Shown: positions 24,299-38,149 of the stretch, one piece after another
Layout: each line of letters opens with the position of its first letter
Numbering within the stretch: position 1 is the stretch's first letter
From: Adineta vaga
Taxonomy: Eukaryota; Animalia; Rotifera
Assembly (NCBI GenBank): GCA_021613535.1
Contig: CP075492.1
Span: forward strand, 4,898,001 to 4,962,000
Length of the DNA stretch: 64,000 nt
Reading direction: 5' to 3'
Program-made: the position numbers and the translations under genes
The notes under the pieces: generated by a model
Database searches by the model: none
Told to the model about the DNA's origin: nothing
The model's input: only the letters and a program-made list of their open reading frames with translations

Positions 24299-25100
24299 TT
24301 TTGAGAAATATAATTCGAAATAATTCAAAGAACGTATGGTGTCGTGCTTGAAAAGAATAATGTTTAACAACGTAAATCAGCCGAGTGAAGGAAATAAAAC
24401 TAGATGCACAAAAGAGGAAATAAAAGAGAGAATATGAGGAACATTAAATTGATGAGCTGATTCATTCAGTATATTCTTCTGCCAAATAAAAAATGCTCCT
24501 GTTAGCATCTAAAGAAATATTTAGTTAAATTTCGCATATTTATGCACTTAAATTACCAAAATTAAAAATCTAATCTCTCTTATGACGTCTTCGAGATATA
24601 TATCTAATTCACATGTGCTATCATATGCTCGATACATCATGCTGCTTTTGGAAAAGAAACGTTATCCTTTAGATTTTCTACAATCAAATAAAAGATCTAT
24701 CGATAGAAATCTGTTTTAATTAAGAAAGACTTTGATCTGTTAATAGACAAGCATGCTTAATTAACTCAGTACTTTTCTTTTTCAACAGGTTTTTCTAAAA
24801 ATAATCATTTTTAAGCTTAAACGGTAATAGACTAAGTACTTTCATGATATTATTCTAAAATGAACATTGCATTAAATTATTAATCAATAATAAGTACACT
24901 TAAACTCTATTTTTTCAACTCTCCAACGAGGAGTGATGATGTCTAATCTTTATTCTTTATTTATGCATGAGTTATAATTTATCAATAAGAATAACTCTTC
25001 AACCTGAAAATTCTGGCTGTTTTCAGGTGATATTTGTTTAATTGTATGTACTCGCTTTGTCAAACTCTTCGTCTACGGATTATTTCTTTTGCGTTCATAT

Positions 25101-26469
25101 TTAACTAACATCTATTTTCCGTAAGATATCTTTCCATTGTTCATATAACTGCTTCTTGAATTTTGTATTAAATATCTTCATATTTTGACTAATTTCATCT
25201 AGATTTGTATGCGTTAACTTTTCGACGAGATCGTCCGTTGAATTAAAATAAGTTATATATGGCCATTGATAGAAATCACTAAATTGTAACCAATAACGAA
25301 TTGCATTTCGATCAAATTCATTATTTGGATCGGGAATGTCTATTCCTAAAACACCTGATATAATCGAAGCATTTTTTGGTTGAGTATTTACATCATCCCA
25401 AGTTCGTTGATCTACAACACGATAGTTCAAATGCCAATCAGTAAGAAGATCAATCGATGGAAAAAATAATGGAATATTCATTCGATATTGTTCAAATAAA
25501 CTCATCAATGAAACTTGATATGGTACATAGATCATTCCTGGATGACTTGCAATGTCGGAATAATCATAATGTTGTTTGTAAAGATCTCGTAGATAGTTGA
25601 CAGTTAAGGTTGAATTGAAACGTTGAAGTGAGGTTGTTATATTTGAAATGAATTGCGAACGAAATTTCGTTTTAAAAATCGTAGCAATTAGAAATGATTT
25701 ATTTGCTTTTCGCGAATAGGAAACTTTTGTATAATCACATAACGATGGTAGAATAATTGGTTTAATACCAGTAAAATATCGTATGTATTCAGCATCATAT
25801 AAATTATTTGCTGCGATGATGTTACTAAGAAGAAAAAGAAAATCTTCGAAATGCTTGTAGAATGATTTACCGAGAATTCAATGCGATAATTTGAAGATTT
25901 TCATTCCATTTAGTCCATTCTTCTTTAGAAAATCTACCCATTTCATATCGAGTTGATGCTATGATTATCAATGGACGATTAAAAGGCATGAAAACTTCAC
26001 ACATTGCTGTTGGATGAAAACAGATAAATGCATCAACATTATTCATCACCGGATCATCTTTATACGCTTGATAAAATTGTTGACGTTCGTCAATCGTAGG
26101 TGAAATACCATTGATTTTATTTAAAATTTTTAAATTTTCTGCACATGTTTTTGTTAAATGACAATGATTCGATAGACTATTATCGATCAGATTAACATTA
26201 AATGGTTGAAGTTGATATTTAATATCTTGTATTGTACTACTCAAAACACAAGAAATATAGATATGTTCTTATCAAATTCTATTCTACCTGATATGAAAAT
26301 CATTACTCCAAATGGTAAGATTACGTTCAGAACGTTTGATTATTACAAATGATTTCTTTGGTAGAGTATTCACGACTAGAAAACTTCCGAGACAAAATAA
26401 CATAATAATTAATTGCTTAATATATCTCAATTGACGATATGGAATTCGTATTAATCTAATTGAAGCCAT
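25101..26469 (-). CDS. Type II membrane glycosyltransferase-like protein, 3 exons
   Basis: N-terminal TM. Exons splice to IWSNDFHISTIQD...CFHPTAMCE...STRYEMGR...AANNLYDAEYIRYFTG...HPGMIYVPYQVSLMSLFEQYRMNIPLFFPS, whose end resembles a GT-B C-terminal motif. Function is inferred. Confidence 0.6.
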
Positions 26470-27754
26470 CGGTAATTATTTGATCTTAAAAGAAAACAAT
26501 AAAAGTTTAGTTTTTCATTTTAATTAATTCGGAACTTACTTATCGATATTTTTTTCACGTAATAAAACATGTTCTCTATCTATGTAACTACACGTGTCAT
26601 TTAACTCATTGAACCATATCGAACGCAATATACAGTTGTATTCACTAGAAGAGAAAAGGAAATGTAATGATATGATCAAGCACGTTATGACACTTTTTTT
26701 TCGAAATGTATCAAAATCAGAATGCAAAGAAATCAACATATGAACCAGAACAAGTGATGACAAAAAAAAATAAACGCGAGATATATTTTGTCACATTCGC
26801 ACGTGTTTGTAACACTCAATAATTGGACATTGAAAAAAAAACTAGAAAAAAAGATTCTTTATTTTCGCAACAATCTCATCCGTAAGTAGTGACCGAAAAT
26901 CACAGCTACAAAAAAAGCAAATAAATGATTTGTTCAAATATTTACTGATCACGAGAATCTTTAGAGTAATATGTAACTAAATATCCGTTATGAGAAAAAT
27001 TTGACTGAATCTCAGAGATACTTGCCGAATATCAAGACGTTTCTCAAACGCAATTTCAATAACATTTGAATTATTTGGAAAATCAACGGGATTTAGTTAA
27101 TGTATTATCGGATGAAAAACAATTCTTTGTTAACCTTTTAGATAACCTTAATAAACGAAAAAAACAAGGAAGAAGCTATCCCTCAAAGAAAGGATTTGCA
27201 TTAAATAGACACATGTTTTAAAGACACATTTCGTATAATTTAGTCGACACACCACGAAGAAAAGACAGGCGATCACTTGGCCAAAATACAATAAACATTA
27301 CTTTTGTTATTCATTGAGAAGATTGTATTTTCATTGTTTATTATTAACTTCAGGAACTGATAAATTATTTTCATCTTAGCAGAAGTTGCGCTCAAGGTTC
27401 AAAGCTCATTTTTAATTATTGTTTAAAAAATCTCATAGTGAGCGTCTCTGTTGACATGAATGTCCTCGTCTTTTGTATTTTGTATTTTGAGTGAGAGTGG
27501 ACATGTTGGTCTTTCTCTTTTACTTTCGACCCACACCCACATTCACCCTCAATATTTAAATGAAGTCTAAATTCTTTATATCCGACATTTACACAGCTTT
27601 TTTCCCATTCTTAAGAACAGAAAAAAGAACAACATCAACATGACAACATAACGTGTTTCTATGTTAACACAACATATGAAGGCTTCTTTTTTAGTTGGAA
27701 GAATTCTTTTCTTTTCTATTGTCACAAGTAGTTTCATTGATTTTTTCGAAGAAT

Positions 27755-30700
27755 ATGGCTAATGAGAATGAAAAAAAGTTGAAAAAAGCTTTGGAATCAT
27801 TGATTGCTGCGGTTTCGGATACTATCAAGAATCCACAAAATGATTTGAAAACAGCGATTAAAAAAATTGTCGATGAAAATCCAATACCTTCATCTTCTCA
27901 ATGTCGTGGGTATCTATTGAATGCTGCCCAGGAAATAAAAGCTGATGAAAAAGATCATTTACAAGATGCTCTACATGATCTTAAAGGTCGACTAACTTTA
28001 CTTGATGCATCTCAAGCAGCATGGGATGGAAATCTTTCGAATGTAAAAACTCTCGTTGAAAATTATCCGAGATTAAAAAATATGTCAGGCGTGTATGGAA
28101 CAACTCTCCTCTATTCATCAGCAAGAAACAATCATATCAATTTAGTAAAATATCTCGTAGAACATGGTCATTGTTCAGTCAATGCCGACAATGTCGAATA
28201 TGTTGTTAGAAATGATGATGAAATGCGAAAAGCAACAATAGGTTCAACTGCATTACATGCTGCTTGTTACTATGGACGATTAGATATTGTTAGATATTTA
28301 ATTCAACATGGAGGGGATTATTTCAGACCAAATTCTCTCCATGAAACTCCTATAGATAATGGACAAGGTCAAGAGAATATTCGAAAATTTTTCTCAAACT
28401 TTCTTCTTTCTTCCTTTTCAAGAGATGCAGATTACATTCCATCGAGAACCATTCTTCAAGAAATTCGAAAAAAGAACGAAATGATTGTTGATTGCTTTTG
28501 GGAATATAAACCTTTCGCTAGTGATCAATGGTTTTCATTTACACTTGAACAATCGAGTCAACTTCAACAATCTCTCAATGATAAACAATTACAAATCAAT
28601 GTACCATTGAGTACAACAAGAGATGCATATTGTGTCTCAATGATTAAATTTCTACGTACAAAACGTAATGATCAACACAATGAACATCTTGCTTGGGTTC
28701 GTTGTCGCGGTTCGTCTCTTCTCAATTTTCACTGCTTTTCTCAATGGCAAATCATGTTTGTTCAACATCCCATGGGTGTAACAAATGATTCAACTTCATT
28801 GAAAATCTATGATACATCATCAGCAGGTCCAATACAACTTAATTCATGGTATAATTTCAATACAAAACTCAATGTTCTATTTGAAACAGCGATAAATTAT
28901 CGACGACGATATCTCAATGTTACATTAGATTTTATGAATAATGAGAAACTTCTATTTGATTTGGAAAGTTTTATATTTAATAATCAACAGAAAACGATTG
29001 AAGGATTTCTTCGATGGATACCAAAGATTATTCGAAATGATAATAAATTAACAGTTTTAGATAATTTTCAAATACCAACGAATCTTGATTGTGTATTATT
29101 GACAATCGCACGGACTAAAACAGGAGAATCAAAGGGAAACCATTCGGCGGAATCGAATCAATATCAATTGAAATATGAAAATGCATTCGAAAATGATGAT
29201 TTAGATTTTCCTGAGAAAAAAAAAGTAAGTACATCAAAACTTATTTCTTCATATTCATACTCACTCTTGTCGTGCTGTACTGTATAGCCATCAGCATGTG
29301 CCAAAGATTTGGATGCATCTTTACATGTAATCCAAGATAATCTAATCAAATTCGAGGTAAATTTGTTTGCATTCTAAAAACGAATCGAATCTTCTGATTT
29401 GAAAATGATTTAGGCTGATGTTATCGTTGTTTGTAGTTCATCAAAATATTTAGTTGAAAGTGTTATTAACGCTGCTGGAAAAGCCGTTCAAATGGCATAT
29501 GAAAAAAAAACAAAGGAAAATAGCGGCGAATCTATTATAAGTATTCCAACTGATAACAAACTTCCTTCGAAAGCAGTTTATTTTGTTCCATGGAAACCCA
29601 ATACTGATCTTCATGTACTTCGCGATTCAATTGAAACTTTAGTTTCCAATGTTATTCATAAAGCTGTGAAAGAAAATTATAAAAGTATTGCATTTCCAGC
29701 AATTGGATGTGGAGAATATGGATGTTCAGTTGATGTTGTTGCTCAAACGTTGATTGGTGAAGTTCAACGATGGTTAACTAAATATCCTCTAGCAGTTACA
29801 TTCGTCATTCAAGAAAATAAAAACGATATCTATGATGAATTTCAAAAACATGTTAATTCATGTAATGAACAAGATCAATGTTCAATTACAGTGGGAAAAG
29901 GTACAATTGTTGTAGAGAAAGGAAATATTACAAAACAAAAAGTAAGTTTGTTTTTTATATCTTAATTTGAAAGTTTTCTTCTCTTGAATAGGTTGATGTA
30001 ATCATTGGAAGTTCATCATCTGAAAATCTTCGACAAGTTTTACTTAAAGCTGGTGGAGATGAACTTGAAAAAGCTTATAATAAAGAATATCAAAATAATC
30101 CCAATTCCTTATTGATAACTACTCCACCTGGTAATTTACCTTGTCAACGTGTCTTCTTCCTTCGTTGGGAACCTGATAGAGATCCGGATGTACTTCGTCA
30201 ATCGATTATTGATTTAATTTGGAATTTAATTCAAAATGTTAATTTACATCATTTTAATTCCATTGCATTTCCTGCTATTGGCTGTGGTGAACATGCTTGT
30301 TCAGTTGATGTTGTTGTTAAAACGATGGTAAGAGAAATGAAAGCACATATTTTAAAACGAAAATTAGCATGGACAGTAAAATTTATTATTCAACCGAATC
30401 AACAAAATATTTATGATGAATTTTCTCGACAAGTCTTATCATCCGATGATGGTAATTCAATCAATCAATCACGTGTTATTCAGATTTTTGAACTTCAACA
30501 TTTGTTTTATCTTTAGGTACACAAGAACCAGTTGATTATCAATTACCTTCAACATGGCAAAAAACAAAGGATAATCAAATTCGTTTTATTGTACCATCAA
30601 ATACTACTGAATATAAGTCTATTATCAATGATTTTCTCAAAGCAATGGCGGGTAATTGCAAGGAAATTGTTCGACTTGAACGTATTCAAAATGAACGATG

Positions 30701-31153
30701 GTATATGCAATATCTTGCTCATTCGAGAGATTTTGAAAAACGACTAAATAGTAATACAGAAAAACGTTTATATCATGGTTGTCCGGATGTTGCAGCGGAT
30801 GCGATTATTCAAGATTGTTTCAATCGAAGTTTTGCCGGAGTAAATGGTATCTAATTGAAAGTTGAATTTTCGATCGAAAAAATCGAAGTTTTGTTCTTAT
30901 TCTAGGAACTGCGTATGGTTTTGGTGTATATTTTTCGTCGAATGCAGTTTATAGTCATGGTTATGCGAAAGTAAATTCCAAAGGAGAACGATGTATGTTT
31001 GTTGCTCGTGTTCTAGTTGGAAAATCAACAGTAGGAAACAGTTCAATGAAAACTCGACCAGTTGGATATGATTCAACAACTGATGGAAATCATATGACTG
31101 TTACTTATCATGATGCTCAAGCTTATGCAGAATATATAATTACATATAAATAA
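27755..31153 (+). CDS. Ankyrin-WWE-like-Macro-Macro-PARP (PARP14/15-like mono-ART), multi-exon
   Basis: Ankyrin repeats (GTTLLYSSARNNH, GSTALHAACYYG), WWE-like segments (WEYK...W.SF; W..F...FE), two macro domains (SIAFPAIGCG twice) and a PARP catalytic domain (ERIQN, LYHG, YGFGVYFS, QAYAEYIITY*). Confidence 0.88.
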
Positions 31154-31382
31154 ACAGAGATTTTTAGTTCGCAGTTTTTCTTTGACTATAATCTAGATTT
31201 TGAGTAAAGTTCTCCTTTTCTCGTTGATCACCAGTTATTTCGAATGTAGTGTACCAATTAAACTTTGCTACTAACTTTCATTTGTCATATTTGAAGAATA
31301 AAAGATAAACTGGTCTTCATTATCAGCACCTTAGATAAGAATCAGTTTGAATGTAAATGAATTTTATTCATCACATAGAAGA

Positions 31383-32906
31383 ATGTGGTTTGTATTCATA
31401 TTGACGATTCTTTTTCCATGTATTTTCGCAGGAAAATGTCCTGGTCAAGCATATTCTACACCATTTAATACATCATCATCGATTCTAACAAAACAATTAA
31501 ATGTTTTCTGGTCAATTTATGGTAATTGTGAAGAAAAGTTAGACACAAATGATAATCCATTTGGTGACAATCCTGCCTGGGCAGAATGGGATGCAATCAA
31601 ATTTAGTTGGAATAATCGAAATGGATATCGTGATCATGCTCAAGCAACATTATTTCGATTTCCAATTAATGGAATTGATGATACGAAAGGAAATATGTCC
31701 AAAGGTTTTCTCTGGTCATGGATGGATACAGAACAATGGCCTGATGCAAGAGGATCACATGGATCAATTGCTTCATATCATTTTGATCAATTACCACGAT
31801 TTCCTGTTGCGGTTTATCAGTATTATGCATGGACAGGTAATCGAACATTTCTTCATGCAATTTTACCACGAGTCGAATCTGTTATGACATATTTACTTAT
31901 AAATATGAATGGATCATTTGGAATTCCGATTAATAAGATAAATGATGGAACTGGTCGTCCAAGTACTTACATGGATCAAGTTAAATCTGGCTGGAAAGAT
32001 GCTTGGATATCCATGATCTTCTACACCGCTTTAACGAATATGATCGAACTAGAAAAAATCGTTGGTAATCAAAATCAAATGGAATATTATCAATCAGCAG
32101 CGAATAGTTTGAGTGAAGTATTTGATAGAACATTTTGGAATGAAAGTTTAGGTCGATATATTGGTTGGATAGATCGAAATGATTATCAGCATGATAGTGG
32201 TTATGTATTTATTAATCTCGAAGCACTTACGCGTGGTTTAGGAAATCAAACAAAAGCTGATCGAATCTTTCATTGGTTATCACAACCAGCGGATCCGATT
32301 CAAATCGGTCCACATAATGGTAGTACTGATATTTATCATAATGTTTTAGCAGCAAGAACAACAACACAAAATGTTGTGCAATCGGATTGGGATGGCTGGT
32401 CAGATCCTGATGAAGGACGAAGACCATATGGTGGCCTAGTTGAAAGTGGTGGAACAATGATTTGGTTAACTTATTATGATATTATGGCACGTCTTCGTTT
32501 TAATCATACAGATGAAGCATTTGAAATTTTAACACGAATGTTAGATCGAATTGATAACGATTCTTATTGTTTAACATTTAATTACGAAAAAGGTCGATAT
32601 AGAGATGATTTTGACGAAGATTTTGTTCAAATTGGAAGTAATTATCCATTTCCGGAATCAGGCATTGCTGTCGTTGCATTTCTTCATGGTTTTGTTGGTG
32701 TTCAAGCAAAACCTGATGGACTCTATATCTGTCCACAACTTCCATCCTTACTTAATTTTGCTCAAGCACAAATCGATTACGGTACATCAAACTTAACCAT
32801 TCAAGTAAGTAAACAAAATACACCGATGGTTTATTCTATTACTATACCAGAACGACAAATATCGGTGAATATTACTCCTGGTAGCTGTTACAATCTTTCT
32901 CAATAA
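31383..32906 (+). CDS. Secreted six-hairpin (alpha/alpha)6 glycoside hydrolase-like protein, intronless
   Basis: Signal peptide MWFVFILTILFPCIFAG. Motifs: YQYYAWTGNRTFL, YMDQVKSG, YTALTNMIELEKIVG, FDRTFWNESLGRY, and C-terminal GFVGVQAKPDGLYICPQLP, which resemble bacterial GH78/GH116-like enzymes. Confidence 0.75.
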   Translation: MWFVFILTILFPCIFAGKCPGQAYSTPFNTSSSILTKQLNVFWSIYGNCEEKLDTNDNPFGDNPAWAEWDAIKFSWNNRNGYRDHAQATLFRFPINGIDDTKGNMSKGFLWSWMDTEQWPDARGSHGSIASYHFDQLPRFPVAVYQYYAWTGNRTFLHAILPRVESVMTYLLINMNGSFGIPINKINDGTGRPSTYMDQVKSGWKDAWISMIFYTALTNMIELEKIVGNQNQMEYYQSAANSLSEVFDRTFWNESLGRYIGWIDRNDYQHDSGYVFINLEALTRGLGNQTKADRIFHWLSQPADPIQIGPHNGSTDIYHNVLAARTTTQNVVQSDWDGWSDPDEGRRPYGGLVESGGTMIWLTYYDIMARLRFNHTDEAFEILTRMLDRIDNDSYCLTFNYEKGRYRDDFDEDFVQIGSNYPFPESGIAVVAFLHGFVGVQAKPDGLYICPQLPSLLNFAQAQIDYGTSNLTIQVSKQNTPMVYSITIPERQISVNITPGSCYNLSQ

Positions 32907-33575
32907 TATTCGAAACATAACAGCTGATGCGTAAAATGTACTATCTCCCTAACTAGAACAAAACATCATGACCGCGATGTACTGTTTTCTATAGACAAAG
33001 TATTGTTTGAAGAAAAATTATCGATAATAAACGAAAATATATTCAGATGAAAATGAATGTTGTTTTAAATTACGTGTTTTGATTTGAAATGCTGATCGAT
33101 ATAGTTTGCTACTCTAATAAATTATTTACTTGGATAGAAAAAGACAACCATCAAGGTTTAACGTGTCTTTATGATGATTCAATACAGATGTGATCGATTA
33201 GCAATATACATGCACATGATTTCGAACAAAAACACGTGAATGAATCGTTCGTTAATCAAAAATAGGATATTATATGTGACAGGTAAATACAGTATGAATC
33301 TCTAATGAAAAATGTACATTCATATACAAAAAAAAGGTAAACAATCGTGCTTCTGTGATTGTTTATTTTATCGTAATTTCAAACGTCCTAAATCTTAAAA
33401 ATCAATGTTTTCGCGTCAATTATGGAAATAAATTCTCAAGATATCTTTTCTACAACAGCTAATCGACTAATTAAGTTAGATCAACTTCTTTTGAGTAATA
33501 AATTGTAAGTCAATTTCCTATTGAATCTGTTCGTCATAAAGGAATATTTACAAATTCAACTTATTTTTACTATAG

Positions 33576-36500
33576 CTTAAGATTCGTCTGGTCAAAATAC
33601 CGATTGTATCAAGGTCCATGTGCATTTGCACTATTTACATGCTTATCAATCGTTATTGGTGTATTGGTCGTATGTCTTACTTATCCAACTAAAAAAAGTA
33701 CGTTCTGACCTTTTACTTGACAGACGAATTTCTATAGAATATTGTTTAGATATTAAATGTGAATTTACGTTTATACGATCTGTTAAATCTCAAACTGGTT
33801 ATAATTCACATCCTAAACATGCTGCTGCTACTGATTTTAATCACGATGGAAATCAAGATATTATTATTGCTAATTCTGGTACTGATGATCTTAGTCTTTT
33901 CCTTGGTTATGGAAATGGATCCTTTGCAGACAAACTATCTCATCAATTAGCTGATAGATCTCAACCGTACGCAGTTGATATTGGAGATTTTAATAAAGAC
34001 AATCATTCTGATGTTGTTATAGCTAATTATGGCACTAATTCTATTGGTATTTTATTTGGTGATGGTCATGGATATTTTCGAAAGCAAAATATGATTTCAC
34101 TTGGATCATCTCGTCCAATTTATTTAGTTGTTGGAAATCTTAATCAAGATGATCAAATTGATATTGTTGTTGTTAATTCTGGTACTTTAACAGTAATGAT
34201 ATTAACAGGATATAATAATGGATTGTTTCGAATTGAAACAACTATTTACATGGGTTATGATTCAATTCCGACATCATTATTTATTGCAGATTTTAATCAT
34301 GATCAGAAATTTGATATTGCTGTTGTTAATTCTAATACGAATGAGTTTGTTTTACTTTTAGCAAATGGAAATCAAACTTTTCAAAGTATACAATGTTCAA
34401 CAGGAAAAAATTCTCATCCAAATTCATTAGCTGTTGGTGATTTTAATAAAGATGGTCAATTAGATATTGCCATTACTCAATCAGGAACCAATAATATTGG
34501 TATTTATTTTGGATATAACAATGGAACTCAATTTAAAACAGTATTACTTTCAACAGGAATTAGTTTTCGACCTTCATTTATTCGTGTTGTTGATTTGGAT
34601 AACGATACTTATTTAGATCTTGTTGTCATCGATACAACTTATGAAAAAATGAATGTATTTAAAGGTGGAAATAATGGAAGTTTTTCTTTGATTACAACAT
34701 ATTCCACTGGAATTGCTTCTAGTCCATCTGCAATTGTTATTGCTGATATTGATAATGATCATTTACCGGATGTTGTTATAACAAATAATGGAACAAATAG
34801 TATTACTATTTTGGCTAAATATATTACTTATCCAAATACACAACAAACATACTATCCAACTGGAAGTGATTCTGAACCATCTAAGGTTGCCGTTGGAGAT
34901 TTTAATCATGATCATCATCTTGATATTATTGTTATTTATGATCAAAGAACTTCGATTGATATTTATATCAATTCTGGTAATGGTAGTTTTGAGAATCAAA
35001 TGATCTATGATATATTAATTCAATCAGAATATAACTCTTTATCAGTTGCTGATTTGAATAATGATACTCATCTCGATATTGTTATATCAGTACATAATAC
35101 AAGTGAAATATTTACACTCTTTGGTAATGGAAATGGAACGTTTAGATTCGGGAAAATATATTCAATAGGAAATAATTCTTCGCCATTATCCGTCACTATT
35201 GGTCTTCTAAATGATGATATGTATTTTGATATTGTTACAGCTAATTTAAATACGAATAGTATTGGAATATTCTTTGGATATGGAAATGGAGATTTCATGG
35301 AAGTTAAGACACTCTATATTGGTAATAATACTGGTCCAGCATGTGTCTATATAGGCGACGTAAACAGAGACAATATATCGGACATAGTTACAGCTAATTT
35401 AGAAGGTAGTAGCATATCGATTCTCATTGGATATGGCAATGGACTCTTTTATGATCCTATCATTATTTTGACTGTAGATGATAATCCAATGTACATTATA
35501 CTTGGTGATGTAAATCAAGATCGTCAAATGGATATCATATATACTTCGACAACGTCTGCTACAATTGCTGTACTTTTAGGAAATGAAAATGGTACTTTTG
35601 AACATGTAAGCAAATATTTTACTGGTTACGGATCATTTCCACGAAGTGCAATTTTATGTGATTTTAATAATGATACTCTTATAGATATCGTAGTGATCAA
35701 TAGTTTTGATAATAATATAGGTGTTTTGCTAGGTTTGGGCAATGGATCTTTTGCTATGCAAAAAATATATCCTCTGCAAGGTGTACTATATCCACAATAC
35801 ATTGCTTTTGGTGATTTTAATGATGATAAACAAGTAGATTTTGTTCTCAGCAATGCACTATTGGATAATATTGGTATTATTCTTGTCTATTATGAAGAAA
35901 ATTTTACAAAAGAAACAAGTTATTCAACAGGATCTGGTTCACATCCTTATTCGCTTGCTATAGGTGATTTAAATAATGACAAGCAAGTAGAACTTGTTGT
36001 AGCAAATTCCGGCAATGATAACATTGAAATACTTTCTGATTATGATCAAGGAATTTTTCTAAAAAAAGTTCGATATTCAACAGGTTTTAATTCACGCCCA
36101 CAATTCGTTGTCATTGCTGATTTTAATCAAGATGATCGAAAAGATATCCCTGTTGCTAATGTATTATCTGAAACTATCAGTATCTTTTATAATCTTGGTA
36201 ATGATACATATGACGTACCAATTTCACTTTTCCTTGGTTCTGGATCTTCACCTCGTTCGATAGCTATTGGTGATTTTAATTCTGATAATAGATCAGATCT
36301 TGTTATAGCAGATTATGGAACTGATCAAATCGCTGTATTTATTGCTTATAACTATGTTACATTTGTAAACTATACGATTTACAAACGTGAACTAGTTCCA
36401 GTGGTGAAGCATATTGTAGCCGGTGATTTCAATAATGATCATCAATGGGATATTATCGTTCCCGATGAAAACTATGGTAATATAGCTGTCTATTTGGGAT

Positions 36501-38047
36501 ATGGAAATCGAACATTTGCTAAGCCACTTGTACATTCGACAGGTTCAGATTCTTCACCAGTTTTTATTGCTGTCGGATATTTGAATAAGGATAAGAATCT
36601 GGATATTGTTATTATAAACTCAGGTTCAAACAATATTGATGTATATCTAGGAAATGGTAACGGAAGTTTTGGTATCCGAACGCCCTACTCAGCGAACGAC
36701 TCATCGATTCCATCATCAGTTGCGCTCGGTGATTTTAATTCTGATAATATAACAGACATCGTTGTCGCGTATAGTGCTATCGATAGTATAGGTATTTTTC
36801 TAGGCAATGGAAATGGAACATTTACTATGGAACCATTACATAAATTACCCGATGAGTCTAGACCATCATGTGTGATAGTAAATGATGCAAATAATGATCA
36901 TATTCAAGATATAATTGTTGCTAATATGAACGAAGAAACTATTAGTATCTTTTCTCGTACTAACAATGGTACTTTAAAAAATATAGTAACGTATGTACTC
37001 GACGACGGTGCTCAACCTTCTTCTATTGCTGTAGGTGACTTTAACAAAGATGGATGGATGGATATAGCCGTTCCAGAATACGAACGTAATAGTATAGGTA
37101 TAATGACGACTATTTCCAATGGTAATCTTGAAAACATAGCACATTATATAATTCATCAAGCTGTAGTCATGCAATCAATCTATGTTGCTGATATAAATAA
37201 TGATACAAACTTAGACGTTATTGTGATTTGTTTCGATGGAGAAAATGGAACGATTTATATCATTTACGGATTTGGCGATGGTAATTTTACAATGCCAACC
37301 GTTTATTCAACTCCTCGATTTTCAGGTCCAACATCAATAGCAATTGTTGATTTTGATAATGATGGTCGAATGGATTTTGCAATTAGTAATTATGTCAAAG
37401 GAAATATATTCTTGATGTTTCAACAAACATATCAACAATTTGTTACACCATGGCTATTCTCGACCGGAACTGGTTCTCGTCCTATTTTTGTCATGACAAG
37501 TGATTTTAATAACGATTATAACATAGATATTGCTGTTGCCAATTCTGCTACTAACAGTATTGATATTCGTCTTGGTATCGGAGATGGAACTTTCTATCCT
37601 CAAAAAACGTATTCTACTGGTAAGAATTCTCGACCATGCGCCATGAGTGTAGGTGATTTCAATAATGATGCACAATTAGATATTGTTGTGGTTAATTCTG
37701 ATGGAAATAATATTCTAATTCTTTTTGGTGATGTTGATGGTAATTTTTCATATGGATTAACGTATTCAACAGGATCAAGCTCAGTTCCTTCATCGATTAT
37801 TACTATGGATTTGAATAAAGACAATCGATTGGATATTATTATTGGTAATTTTGCTGCAAATAAAATTCTTGTATTTTTAGGTGCACAAAATGGAACGTTC
37901 AGAGATGCACAATCCTATTCTGTTGATTATAATGCTCATCCACAATCTATTGCTATTGTAGATGTGAATAATGATGGTTTATTAGACATTGCAGTTGCTA
38001 ATTCTAACGCTGATTATATTGAAATTCTTTTACGACCATGTTCATAA
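33576..38047 (+). CDS. Large FG-GAP/VCBS repeat protein with an N-terminal TM anchor (5' start uncertain)
   Basis: Dozens of GDFNxDxxxDIxVxN...G.GNG.F repeats in one exon of ~4.3 kb. An upstream exon (33576-33697) encodes a TM segment, AFALFTCLSIVIGVLVVCL. Confidence 0.92.
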
Positions 38048-38149
38048 ACTATGCAGCTTATAAGAAACTATTGTAATGAAGAGAACGTTTTTCTTTTGTT
38101 TATTGATTTTAAATAAATTATTTCGAATTTGTGATAGGACACCTTGAGA

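Noticed and set aside
33759-37824. Short alternative-frame and antisense ORFs inside FG-GAP, and similar ones in the TOR, peptidase, glycosidase and ART genes
   Set aside because: These are shadow ORFs produced by codon bias of the real genes and contain no motifs.
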